Part shown: one piece after another, positions 11,837 through 21,840 of the stretch
Layout of the letters: each line of letters opens with the position of its first letter
Numbering within the stretch: the first letter of the stretch is position 1
DNA from: an uncultured Flavobacteriaceae bacterium
GTDB lineage: Bacteria > Bacteroidota > Bacteroidia > Flavobacteriales > Flavobacteriaceae
DNA length: 64,000 nt
Direction: 5' to 3'
Assembly: GCA_963768245.1 (NCBI GenBank)
Contig: CAVYHG010000021.1
Span: 34,164-98,163, forward strand
Program-made: the position numbers and the translations under genes
Notes under the pieces: model-generated
The model's database searches: none
What the model was told of the DNA's origin: nothing
The model's input: the letters and a program-made list of their open reading frames with translations, nothing else

Positions 11837-12385
11837 ATGAGTAAAATTAGATGTAGTTGGTGTGTTGGAGATCCTCTATACGAATCCTATCATGATAATG
11901 AATGGGGAATACCAGTTTATGATGATGAAACGCTTTTCGAATTTTTAATTCTGGAGACTTTTCAGGCAGGATTAAGCTGGATAACCGTCTTAAAAAAGCG
12001 AGAAAATTTTAGAAAGGCATTTGATGGATTTGATTATAAAAAAATTGCAAATTATAATCAAAAGAAAATTGATTTATTATTACAGGATTCTGGAATAATA
12101 AGAAATAAATTGAAGATACATGCTACCATAACCAACGCTAAGGCATTTATGAAAATTCAAGATGAATTTGGAAGCTTTAGCAAATATATTTGGGGCTTTG
12201 TTAACGGAAAACCAATTAAAAATAAGTTTAAATCTGTTAAAGATCTGCCAGCCAATACTCCCCTAAGTGACACTATTAGTAAAGACTTAAAAAAAAGAGG
12301 TTTCAAATTTGTCGGCTCTACCGTTATTTATGCACATATGCAGGCTACAGGAATGGTGAACGACCATGAGATTAAATTGTTTTAG
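11837..12385 (+). CDS. tag: DNA-3-methyladenine glycosylase I
   Basis: Internal ATG at 11837 gives MSKIRCSWCVGDPLYESYHDNEWGIPVYDD..., the canonical Tag N-terminus. The track ORF begins upstream at an unlikely start. Confidence 0.9.
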   Translation: MSKIRCSWCVGDPLYESYHDNEWGIPVYDDETLFEFLILETFQAGLSWITVLKKRENFRKAFDGFDYKKIANYNQKKIDLLLQDSGIIRNKLKIHATITNAKAFMKIQDEFGSFSKYIWGFVNGKPIKNKFKSVKDLPANTPLSDTISKDLKKRGFKFVGSTVIYAHMQATGMVNDHEIKLF

Positions 12386-12404
12386 ATATAATGAGGTTTA
12401 GAAT

Positions 12405-13190
12405 TTAGCCTTCATTTTCTTCGCTCGTATAGGGAATTATATTTAAAATGTGTTTTATAACTTCTAACCTTGCCGAACTTTTTCTATTAGCTTTAATAAT
12501 TATCCATGGAGAAATCTCAGTATTGGTTTTTTCAAACATTTTATTTTTATAATCTGTATATGAATCCCAAAGTTTTATTGCTGTCTGATCCACTTTACTG
12601 AATTTCCATTTTTTTATAGGACTCGTTTTGATATCTCTAAACCGTTTAGCCTGTTCATTTTTTGAAATAGAGAAATAAAATTTGATCAAGCGAATTCCTG
12701 ATTCAATGATCATACGTTCAAATTCATTAACCTGATTCATGAAAATTTGATATTCTTCTTCTGTACAAAATCCATTAACTGGTTCTACTACAGCCCTATT
12801 ATACCAACTTCTGTCAAAAAATACAATTTTTCCTTTTCTTGGTAAATTATTTATGTATCGCTGAAAATACCATTCTCCTTTTTCTTCTTCAGTAGGTTTA
12901 GGCAATGCTACTACTTTAAATTCACGAGGATTTAAATGTTGTGTTATTCTTCTTATAGCTCCTCCTTTTCCTGCAGCATCTCGTCCTTCAAAAATAATTA
13001 CTACTTTTTCATTTTCTGTCTCTACCCACTGCTGTAATTTAATAAGTTCTGCTTGTAGTTTTTTTAATTTATTCTCATAGTTTATAATACGAACCGCCTT
13101 TAGTGGTGTCATATCTTCCTCTCTTAAAAAGTACTTTATTCCTTTTTTAGAATTTAATAACTTTAAGCTTTTTTCTGATAAATTATTCAT
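12405..13190 (-). CDS. ppk2: polyphosphate kinase 2 family protein (copy B)
   Basis: 261 aa intact. Motifs FEGRDAAGKGG (P-loop) and DRSWYNRA. Confidence 0.9.
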   Translation of the reverse strand: MNNLSEKSLKLLNSKKGIKYFLREEDMTPLKAVRIINYENKLKKLQAELIKLQQWVETENEKVVIIFEGRDAAGKGGAIRRITQHLNPREFKVVALPKPTEEEKGEWYFQRYINNLPRKGKIVFFDRSWYNRAVVEPVNGFCTEEEYQIFMNQVNEFERMIIESGIRLIKFYFSISKNEQAKRFRDIKTSPIKKWKFSKVDQTAIKLWDSYTDYKNKMFEKTNTEISPWIIIKANRKSSARLEVIKHILNIIPYTSEENEG

Positions 13191-13193
13191 GCA

Positions 13194-14042
13194 CTAATCA
13201 AATTGTTTTACTAATCTATGATAACGTTGCACAACATTTGGATCTGGTAAAGTGGTAATACCTGAATTTCCTTTCCCTTCATATTCAAATTTAGATAGTA
13301 CATATCTAATCGTTTCAAGTCTTGCTTCTTTTTTGTTATTTGTTTTAATGATGATCCATGGGCTAAATGTTGTATGCGTCTTGCTGAACATTTGTTCTTT
13401 ATAGTGAGTATATTTGTCCCATAGGTTCTGACCTTCTTTATCAACTTCACTGAATTTCCATTGTTTTAATGGATTTGCCAATCTTGAATTAAAACGTCTT
13501 TCCTGTTCATCTTTGGTAATAGAAAACCAAAATTTTATGATTATAACACCATCTTCATATAACATGTGTTCAAATTCTGTAACCTGAACCATAAATTTTT
13601 CATACTGTTCATCGTTACAAAACCCCATGACTGGTTCAACCACAGCTCGGTTGTACCAACTCCTATCGAAAAAAACAATTTCTCCCGGATTAGGTAATTC
13701 CTTAATATATCTCCTAAAATACCATTGCCCTTTTTCAACGTCAGTAGGTTTTGTTAAAGCAACAACCCGCATTGAACGAGGATTCAAGTGCTCTGTAAAA
13801 CGCCTGATAGCACCACCTTTACCTGCAGCATCACGCCCTTCAAATACTACACAAACACGTTTTCTTTGTTTTGCGACCCATTGTTGTAGATCAACTAACT
13901 CTGCCTGCAGTTTAATTAATTCCTTCTCATAATCAATGGAGTACATTAAACTATTGAAAAAGTCTTCTGGAAATTTCGTTTTTAATATATTTAGAAACTC
14001 TTCTTGATTGTTACTTTTTTGATAATCTTCTAGTGTAAGCAT
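13194..14042 (-). CDS. ppk2: polyphosphate kinase 2 family protein (copy A)
   Basis: 282 aa intact, same motifs. Its stop lies 3 nt from the copy B start. Confidence 0.9.
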   Translation of the reverse strand: MLTLEDYQKSNNQEEFLNILKTKFPEDFFNSLMYSIDYEKELIKLQAELVDLQQWVAKQRKRVCVVFEGRDAAGKGGAIRRFTEHLNPRSMRVVALTKPTDVEKGQWYFRRYIKELPNPGEIVFFDRSWYNRAVVEPVMGFCNDEQYEKFMVQVTEFEHMLYEDGVIIIKFWFSITKDEQERRFNSRLANPLKQWKFSEVDKEGQNLWDKYTHYKEQMFSKTHTTFSPWIIIKTNNKKEARLETIRYVLSKFEYEGKGNSGITTLPDPNVVQRYHRLVKQFD

Positions 14043-14066
14043 GCTATTCTTTATAATTAGCTAATA

Positions 14067-14726
14067 TCAATAATTTTTTAAATTTTGTGAATTATTTTGA
14101 CGACTAATTATATTAATAAATTCTTGCCTCTCTATATTTTCTGCTCCAAACCTTTCTAAATGTTCCGTGAATACTTGACAATCAATTAATTGATAATTTG
14201 AGTTCTGTATAAGTGTAATAAATGCAATTTTACTTGCATTGTTGACTTTGGAAAACATACTTTCCCCACAAAAGATATTATTTCCTAGATCTATTCCATA
14301 TAAACCTCCTACTAATTTATCCTCATCCCATACCTCTACAGATTTTGCAATTCCTAATTTATGTAATTCGTTATAGGCACCAATCATATCAGTCGTAATC
14401 CAAGTTCCTGATTGTCCCGGCCTTTTTATTTTAGAACATTCGTGAATTACTTGATCAAATGCCTTATTAATCGTTATTTTAAATTTGTTATTTCCTATTA
14501 ATTGTTTTAGACTTTTAGATATTTTAAGCTTATCAGGAAACAATACAAATCGTGGATCTGGAGACCACCATAAAATTGGCTGACCTTCTTCAAACCATGG
14601 AAATATGCCACTCTTATAAGCAAGTATTAATCTTTCAGGACTCAGATCACCACCGAAAGCCAATAAACCATCCTCAGAAGCTTTATCTACAGATGGAAAT
14701 TCTATTTTATTTGATAATATTTTCAA
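14067..14726 (-). CDS. aat: leucyl/phenylalanyl-tRNA--protein transferase
   Basis: 219 aa intact. Contains GGDLSPERLILAYKSGIFPWF and other Aat-typical sequence. Confidence 0.88.
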   Translation of the reverse strand: MKILSNKIEFPSVDKASEDGLLAFGGDLSPERLILAYKSGIFPWFEEGQPILWWSPDPRFVLFPDKLKISKSLKQLIGNNKFKITINKAFDQVIHECSKIKRPGQSGTWITTDMIGAYNELHKLGIAKSVEVWDEDKLVGGLYGIDLGNNIFCGESMFSKVNNASKIAFITLIQNSNYQLIDCQVFTEHLERFGAENIERQEFINIISRQNNSQNLKNY

Positions 14727-14874
14727 TCTTTAAAGATTTTACTATAATCTATAAATTACTAATTAATATGAAAAGTCGTTATTTTTCACAATATTTGATA
14801 AGGTCTTTATTTTTTAAATTATATATTATTGCTTAATTGAATTTTAATAAAGATCTACCTAAAACCAAAGTATG

Positions 14875-14901
14875 AAGCCCTAATTATGTTAGGGCTTTTT
14901 T
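14875..14901. terminator. GC-rich hairpin with T-run (orientation ambiguous)
   Basis: AAGCCCTAA-ttatg-TTAGGGCTT followed by TTTT on the plus strand. It lies 30 nt past the DUF3127 stop on the minus strand. Confidence 0.45.
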
Positions 14902-14931
14902 GAATAATAAACTAACTGTATTTCTTAAGAA

Positions 14932-15309
14932 CTAAAAAGGTAGATCGTCGTGATCTTCTTCATTTAAGTTTTCAACCGGCTCAAATGCATCAGCAGGAGG
15001 AACTGGAGGAATATCTCCCGATTGAGAATCTTGCTGTAAATTTTCAATTCTCCAGCCTTGAATTGAGTTAAAATATTTTGTTTCACCTTGAGGATTTACC
15101 CATTCTCTTCCACGTAAATTAATACTTACTTTTACACCTTGACCTACTTGATAATTGTTTAGTAAATCTGATTTATCTTGAACAAACTCTACCATAATAT
15201 GTTGTGGATATTGTTCTTCTGTAGTAATTACTAATTCTCTTTTTCTAAAGCCATTGGCTCCAAACGTTTGGGTTTCTCCAATTAATTTTATTTTTCCTTG
15301 TATTTCCAT
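14932..15309 (-). CDS. DUF3127 OB-fold-like protein with acidic DDLPF C-terminus
   Basis: 125 aa intact. MEIQGKIKLIGETQTFGANGFRKRELVITTEE... is typical of DUF3127. The tail reads ...NEEDHDDLPF. Confidence 0.65.
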   Translation of the reverse strand: MEIQGKIKLIGETQTFGANGFRKRELVITTEEQYPQHIMVEFVQDKSDLLNNYQVGQGVKVSINLRGREWVNPQGETKYFNSIQGWRIENLQQDSQSGDIPPVPPADAFEPVENLNEEDHDDLPF

Positions 15310-15329
15310 TTAAATAATTTGATTTTTAT

Positions 15330-16198
15330 TTATGATAATAATAATTTCCAAGCACTTTCTACATCTCCAAAACTTAAATAATTCTGTGCTATTTTATGCT
15401 TTTCTCTATGAGTTGCATTCTTTATAATTGGATACCTTTCAACCACCTCTTCTATAAAATTTTCTATCTCTTTTGTTGAGGTAACGCTTCAACATTTCCT
15501 AACATACCTAAATCATTTCCTGTTAAGATCATACTATTTCTAACATGCTCTGGTAAAGAATCAACACCAATTCCTAAAGAAGATAATGGTTTTGGTATTT
15601 CAAAAAAGCCTGTTTTTGCTCTACTGTAATAATTTCCTCCTGCTCTGGCAACCAGATCTAGTTTTTCTTGATTTATACTCTCATCTTTATTTAATATATC
15701 ACTTGAAATATGCAATTTTACAACTTCACAAATAATTAAATTCCCAGCACCTCCTTCTTTTCCTAATTTAATAATATCATTCACCTTACATTCAAATTGT
15801 ACAGGTGATTCAGCAACTCTAAATGGTTTGACAATATCTGAATCTAACATTGTAAATCCAGCTTTTTCAAACTCATTTACATCTTCAGGATATTCAGTAC
15901 TACTCAATGACATTTGATGAACCATATCATAATTCACCACATTAATGACGACTTCTTTTGTAGCTTCAGCATTTTCTAAGGTATGCTTAGTTGTATTATC
16001 TCTAACTCGTCTTGCAGGAGAAAAAATTAAAATTGGTGGATTAGCACTAAACACATTAAAAAAACTAAAAGGTGACAAATTAGGAATACCATTTTTATTT
16101 AATCGTACTTGCAAAAGCAATTGGTCTTGGTGCAATAGCACTTAACAAATAACTATGTAATTTTCCTGTGAAATATCTTTAGGTTCGAAGGATTTCAT
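15330..16198 (-). pseudogene. flavin reductase-like domain protein, 2 frame breaks
   Basis: Core ORF 15464-16141. My re-framing adds the N-terminus MKSFEPKDISQE (ATG 16196-16198) and a C-terminal tail ...IENFIEEVVERYPIIKNATHREKHKIAQNYLSFGDVESAWKLLLLS. Confidence 0.7.
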
Positions 16199-16323
16199 TT
16201 AATTAATTAATTTTGACCAAAGTTAAGTAATCTCAATTTCAAGTAAAAAAAAGGTTACTAACATATAAAACAATAATATTAACATAATTGCATTATATTT
16301 AAAATAGAAACTAATATTCGTTA

Positions 16324-17477
16324 ATGATATTTTCTGAAAATAGAAATTTGATCCGTTGGATTATTATAATAGCTTCTTTTGTTATTATTTCTTTAATTCT
16401 CTGGAATACTTATATTTTCTTTCAAAATTTTAAAGCTGAAGAACGAACCAAAATGGAAAATTGGTCCTTTGCGACAACAGAAATTGTTAAAAGTTCGATA
16501 TCTAATGACGAAATCTTGATAGTTACCTTCAAAAATTATAGCAAGTAACACGACAACTCCAATGTTACTATTAGATAAAGATAGGCAATGTTAGAAGATA
16601 GTAATAATATTGATGAAGAAAAGATAAAAGATCCGGCTTATGCTAAGAAGATTAATCGAACAGTTTAAAAAAGAAAATACACCTATTGAGGTTAGAATAT
16701 AGAAATGAAGTTTATCAAACTATTTATTATGGAAATTCACCACTTCTAAATAAATTAAAATATTATCCCATTAGCCCTTTTACTTATTATTTTTTTATTT
16801 GGTGCAGTTGTTTACTTTCTTTTACAGAAGTACTAAAAATGCTACTCAAAATAAATTATGGACAGGAATGGCAAAAGAAACTGCTCATCAAATTGGCACA
16901 CCTTTATCATCTTTAATAGGATGGACAGAAATATTGAGAAATCGAAAATGTTAATCCTGATTATATCTTAGAAATTGAAAAAGATATAAATAGATTACAA
17001 ACCATTACTGAACGATTTAGTAAAATTGGATCTATTCCAAAATTGGAAAAATTAGATATTGTAAAAGAAACAATAGAATCTTATGACTATTTAAAAGCAC
17101 GTTCTTCAAAATTAATGATTTTGAAATTAATGCTCCGAAGGAAGAAATAATGGTTAATCTAAATAAACAATTATATAGTTGGACTATTGAAAATTTAGTA
17201 AAAAATGCAATTGATGCCATGAAAGGGAAAGGAAAACTTAAAATTGAAATTCTCACCTGAAGAAAAATTTGTAAAAATTAATATTACTGATACTGGAAAA
17301 GGAATTTCAAAACAAAATTTTAAAAAAATTTTTGAACCTGGTCATACAAGCAAAAAAAGAGGTTGGGGATTTGGATTATCTTTAGCCAGACGTATTATTG
17401 AAGATTACCATAATGGAAAAATAAAAGTGTTTCAATCTGAAATTGATAAAGGTAGCCACTATGCAGATTTCTATTAA
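16324..17477 (+). pseudogene. sensor histidine kinase, 4 or more frame breaks
   Basis: N-terminal TM fragment 16324-16548. H-box GMAKETAHQIGTPLSSLIGW (my translation near 16866-16925). ATPase boxes DTGKGI and GWGFGLSLARRIIE in 17244-17477. Confidence 0.75.
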
Positions 17478-17490
17478 AAGGCTCAATGTA

Positions 17491-17880
17491 TTAAAGGTTA
17501 TTATGGATTGACTTCAGCTAATTCTTCAAATTCTTGCTTGAGAGAATTTTACTTTAGTAGTAAACCTTGCATCTTCCATGGAGTGTAATGGAATTAAATG
17601 CACATGCACATGAGGCACTTCAAAACCAATTACAGATATTCCAACTCGTTTACATTCAACTGTCTTTTCTATAGCCATACCCACTTTTCTGGAAAAACTC
17701 ATTAAACCATTATAGGTTGCTTCATCTAAATCAAAAATTTTATCAACTTCTTTTTTTGGAATACAAAGGTATGTCCTTTAGCATTTGGATTTACATCTAA
17801 GAAAAGCCAAAAAATCTTCAGTTTCAGCTACTTTATAACATGGAATTTCTCCTTAACTATTTTAGTAAAAATAGACCCCA
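17491..17880 (-). pseudogene. HIT-family (histidine triad) protein, about 3 frame breaks
   Basis: My minus-strand translation gives MGSIFTKIV..., ...NPNAKGHT..., and VPHVHVHLIPL (HxHxH triad). Confidence 0.75.
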
Positions 17881-17979
17881 TAATTATTTTTATGCTTATA
17901 GTAAATATAAAAAGATTCCTGGTATGATTATGGAATTTTACAAGCTATAGCTTAAAAAGAATAAAATCGATTGGCTTAA

Positions 17980-18455
17980 TTATCTCGAAATATCGATGAT
18001 ATCAAATTTCATAACACCATTAGGCACTTGAATTTCGGCAACTTCACCAACAGATTTACCAAGTAACCCTTTACCAATTGGGGAATTAACAGATATTTTA
18101 CCTGAAGCTAAATCAGCTTCACCATCTGCAACCAAAGTATAGGTCATTTCCATACCATTGGTTTGATTTTTAATTTTTACTATAGATAATACCAAGTGCT
18201 TTAGAAGTATCTAATTGTGACTCGTCAATCAAACGTGCTCCTGCTAAGAGTTTCTTCCAGTTTAGCAATTTTCATTTCTAACATACCTTGAGCTTCTTTA
18301 GCTGCATCATATTCGGCATTTTCACTTAAATCTCCTTTATCTCTTGCTTCAGCAATAGCTTGTGAAGCTTTTGGACGTTCTATATCCTTTAATTGATTAA
18401 GCTCATCTCTTAATTTTTTTAATCCTTCTTCTGTATAATAAGATACTTTACTCAT
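17980..18455 (-). pseudogene. greA: transcription elongation factor GreA, 2 frame breaks near 18200-18240
   Basis: Fragments 18225-18455 ([19 protein letters not shown]...[14 protein letters not shown]) and 17980-18195 (C-terminal FKBP-like domain). The linker [14 protein letters not shown] is readable in a third frame. Confidence 0.9.
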
Positions 18456-18481
18456 AACTTCATCGTTTTAATAAATAAAAA

Positions 18482-18511
18482 GATGCTGAAACAAATTCAG
18501 CATCAAAAAAA
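18482..18511 (-). terminator. terminator-like hairpin inside the greA 5' leader
   Basis: Minus strand reads TTTTTTT-GATGCTGAA-tttgt-TTCAGCATC-TTTTTATTT, ending about 25 nt before the greA ATG. The next upstream gene is divergent, so no upstream minus-strand gene needs a terminator here. Confidence 0.5.
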
Positions 18512-18535
18512 TCCCGCTCACACGAGATAGTAATA

Positions 18536-18551
18536 CAAATATACAAAATTA
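18536..18551 (-). promoter_or_regulatory. candidate Bacteroidetes -7 promoter boxes upstream of greA
   Basis: Minus strand reads TAATTTTGTATATTTG, which is two adjacent matches to TAnnTTTG. They lie upstream of the leader hairpin. Confidence 0.35.
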
Positions 18552-18599
18552 TTAACAAAATATATATATTATCGTAAATTGTAATCTTGAAATTCCGAC

Positions 18600-19031
18600 A
18601 TGAGAAACCTCTTTTTTAAGTTTTTAATATGCTTGTTTTTAGTTGCTTGCAGCAAAAACAATACTGATAAAAACTGTAACTTCTTACTCAATGCAGGAGT
18701 AAATTATAATTTGAATTTGAATCTTCCACAGTTTAGTGATCTTCAATTTCCTTCCAACTCTGTATATGTTGCAAATCAAGGTAATGGTGGAATAATTATC
18801 ACAAACAATGGAACTGGTCTAGTAGCTTGGGATGCCAGCGATCCCAACCATGCTCCAAGTGCTTGTTCAATCATGACTATAACCGGTGGTATAAATGCTA
18901 TTTGCAATTGCAATGATGCTAATGAATATAGTCTAATAACAGGTCAATCGCTTAATGACCCTTTACCTTGTACTCTAAAAATTTATAGGGTAGAACAAAC
19001 AGGAAGTAACACTTATTTTATTTCCAATTAG
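18600..19031 (+). CDS. hypothetical lipoprotein
   Basis: 143 aa intact. Signal peptide with lipobox-like LVAC|SKNN, Cys-rich mature part. No family recognised with confidence. Confidence 0.45.
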   Translation: MRNLFFKFLICLFLVACSKNNTDKNCNFLLNAGVNYNLNLNLPQFSDLQFPSNSVYVANQGNGGIIITNNGTGLVAWDASDPNHAPSACSIMTITGGINAICNCNDANEYSLITGQSLNDPLPCTLKIYRVEQTGSNTYFISN

Positions 19032-21228
19032 AACTTAAATCTTGCACCAATTAAAAAATTTGTTGTTGCTTGTGGATAGTATCCTGCACCTTCAACAGTA
19101 ATAACTTCTCCAGGAGCCGACCATGTATCTTCATATGTAAAGAAATATCCGTTAGATACATATTTTTTATTGAAAATATTATTAACTAATAGATTGATCT
19201 CCAAGGACTCAAAGAACATAAAGTCATCAATAGTCCAGACTATATTTAGATCATTCACAAAATAACTGTCTAGTTTAGAACCTTCAGAATCTACATTACC
19301 CATATATTGATCACCCACATATTTTGATAAAAAATTAACTTTTATATTATTGTTTTTCTCGTTGATCTGAAAGTTATAATTGTAGCTTAACATGTTACCA
19401 AATATTAATTCTGGGGAAAATGAAATATTCGTATTTCCTAAGTTAACCAATTCACCATTCAGATTTCTGGTAAAGTCTTTATTTTTATTAGTACTCATAG
19501 CCAAATTTGGTTGTAATGAAAATCTGTTTGATAGCTTTACATTCGCATCTATCTCAACACCAAGCCTGTAACTTTTACCGCTATTTGCTCTAATTGGCGA
19601 ACCAACATCGTCTATTTCACCTGTTAATACCAATTGATCATTATAAAGCATGTAATATGCATTGGCATTTAGTATAAGTTTTTCTCTATTCAATCTCCAA
19701 CCTAGTTCAAAATCATTTAGTTGCTCTGGTTTCGGACTTCCGTTTTCATAATCGGTTCTATTTGGCTCTCTGTTTGCTCGGGCAAAAGAAGTATACAGAC
19801 TGTTCTGCTTGTTTAAATTATAGTTTAATCCCAATTTCGGATTAAAGAAGGTGAAATCATCATTTATAACAAAGGGATTAAGATCAGAGTTTATTCCATC
19901 TGTCTTATAATCAATTGTACGCAGTTGTACATCTGCATATAAGCTCAGTTTAGAATTCAGTTTAAAAGTGCCTTTTGCAAATATGTTGAATTCTGTTTTA
20001 TTCCCAGTTCCATCGTAATATCTATCTCTAATTTCACTATCACTATGCAAATTGAGCCCAAATTACTTCACCAAAATGATCTCCTTCATAATTATTGAAT
20101 GCTCCACCAAAAATTATATCTGACTTTATATTTTTATAGTTTAAAGAAAATGTTGTACCATAAAAATCGTTATCTAACCAACGTCTCCTAATAACATCTG
20201 TGTTTTCAATTAATTCACCATTAATCAAGATTGGTTCAAATCCGTAGGTTGCAAAATCTTCATCTTCTTTATATTGCTCAAAGTAGCCTCGCCCATAAGT
20301 GTAATGCAAGGCTAAGTTAGTTGACCAGTTATTGTCAATTCGTTCATTCCAATGCAATTGATAATGGTCTTGATTGTAATTATCCACTTCGTTATCATAA
20401 AAACGTGTATTTCCATCATCATCAGTATAAATTCCAGCAGGATTAAAGGTTCTATCATTTTTAAGTGTTTCAGCATCAATACCAAACCATGCTTGATAGG
20501 TTCTTTCAAATCCACCAAAAGCCAAGGCCTTTATTAAAGTATTGTCATCAGAATAACTCCCTTGAAGAAAATATGATTTTAATTCGGATTCTGCTCTATC
20601 TATATATCCATCACTACTAATTTTTGAAAATCGTCCAGAGATTTCAAAGTGATCATTTAGCCTACCTGTACTGAAAATTTTAAAGTATTCTTAAATGTGT
20701 TGAAGGAACCTACAGAAGAAGAAATTTCTGCACTTGCTTTCTCAGACCCTGCATCGGTTAAAATATTTAAACTAGCACCAAAAGCTCCAGCACCATTAGT
20801 AGAGGTTCCAACACCTCGTTGCAGTTGTAAACTTTCTACTGATGATGCAAAATCCCCAAGATTTACCCAAAAGGTTCCATAAGATTCCGAATCGTTATAC
20901 GGAATTCCATTTATAGTTACATTTACCGAGTAGCATCGCTACCACGAACACGAATTCCAGTATAACCAACTCCTGCTCCAGCATCTGTAGTAGTAACTAC
21001 AGACGGTAAATAATTCATTAATATTGGAATATCTTGACCTAAATTTCTTTGATTAAGTTCTTCTTTATTAATATTAGAATGTGTAATTGGTGAATCTGCA
21101 TTTACTCGAATAGCTTTAATAAAAACCTCATCAAGTTTTTGAACTTTTGTTGAATCTTGTGTTATTTCTTGTGCATTAAGTTTAAAATAGCACAAAAACA
21201 ATACTGCCAATATAACTATTTGTTTCAT
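19028..21228 (-). pseudogene. TonB-dependent receptor (putative thiamine-related), 3 or more frame breaks
   Basis: Fragments 20923-21228 (signal peptide plus plug), 20043-20525 and 19028-20050 (beta-barrel ending ...GARFKF). Preceded by a TPP riboswitch. Confidence 0.8.
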
Positions 21229-21296
21229 CCGAAATGATACTTATATTCGAATAAAAAGAGGTAATTATTCTTTAATTAAATTTATTATAATTAAAT

Positions 21297-21378
21297 GGCG
21301 ATTATCGCCTTCCTAAACAGCATTACCTGTTCCAGGTTCAATGGGTATGATCTCAGCTTAAAAGCACCCCTTTTTTGA
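21297..21378 (-). promoter_or_regulatory. TPP (THI-box) riboswitch
   Basis: Minus strand reads GGGGTGCttttaaGCTGAGAtcatACCCatTGAACCTGgaacaGGTAATGCtgtTTAGGAAGG, matching the conserved THI-element blocks. It is followed by the hairpin GGCGAtaaTCGCC and lies 70-150 nt upstream of the receptor ATG. Confidence 0.85.
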
Positions 21379-21432
21379 GAAATGCAAAGATACTATGGAT
21401 TGATGAATAAAGAATTAAGATTACAGACTTAT

Positions 21433-21840
21433 TTACTCTAAATCTGGTTTTTTTCTATTTGCTTTTTTTTCTGATTGAATTCGTTTATTTTTTAAACGCT
21501 TTTTTACTGCAGACTTAGGGACTCTTGTTGGTTTTCGTTTTTTTGGTACATATAAGCCATTTTTAATCAATTCAAAAAATCGTTCAATTACTAATTCTTT
21601 GTTTTTATGCTGACTTCTAGATTCATCACATTGTAGTATTAATTCATTATTATTGGTGAGTTTTGACTTTAAAGAATTTATTAATAGTTGTTTCTGTTTG
21701 TCATTCAAAACTGAAGAATGTCCAACATCAAAATGCAATTCAACTTTAGAAGACACTTTATTTACATGTTGACCACCACTACCAGAACTTCTAACAGCTT
21801 TAAAGTTTAATTCTGGTATCAATAAGTCTAAGTCCAACAA
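21433..21840 (-). CDS. arfB: ribosome rescue factor ArfB (GGQ-domain peptidyl-tRNA hydrolase)
   Basis: 135 aa. Has the SGSGGQHVNKV GGQ motif and a basic C-terminal tail (KKRKPTRVPKSAVKKRLKNKR...). Confidence 0.85.
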   Translation of the reverse strand: MLDLDLLIPELNFKAVRSSGSGGQHVNKVSSKVELHFDVGHSSVLNDKQKQLLINSLKSKLTNNNELILQCDESRSQHKNKELVIERFFELIKNGLYVPKKRKPTRVPKSAVKKRLKNKRIQSEKKANRKKPDLE

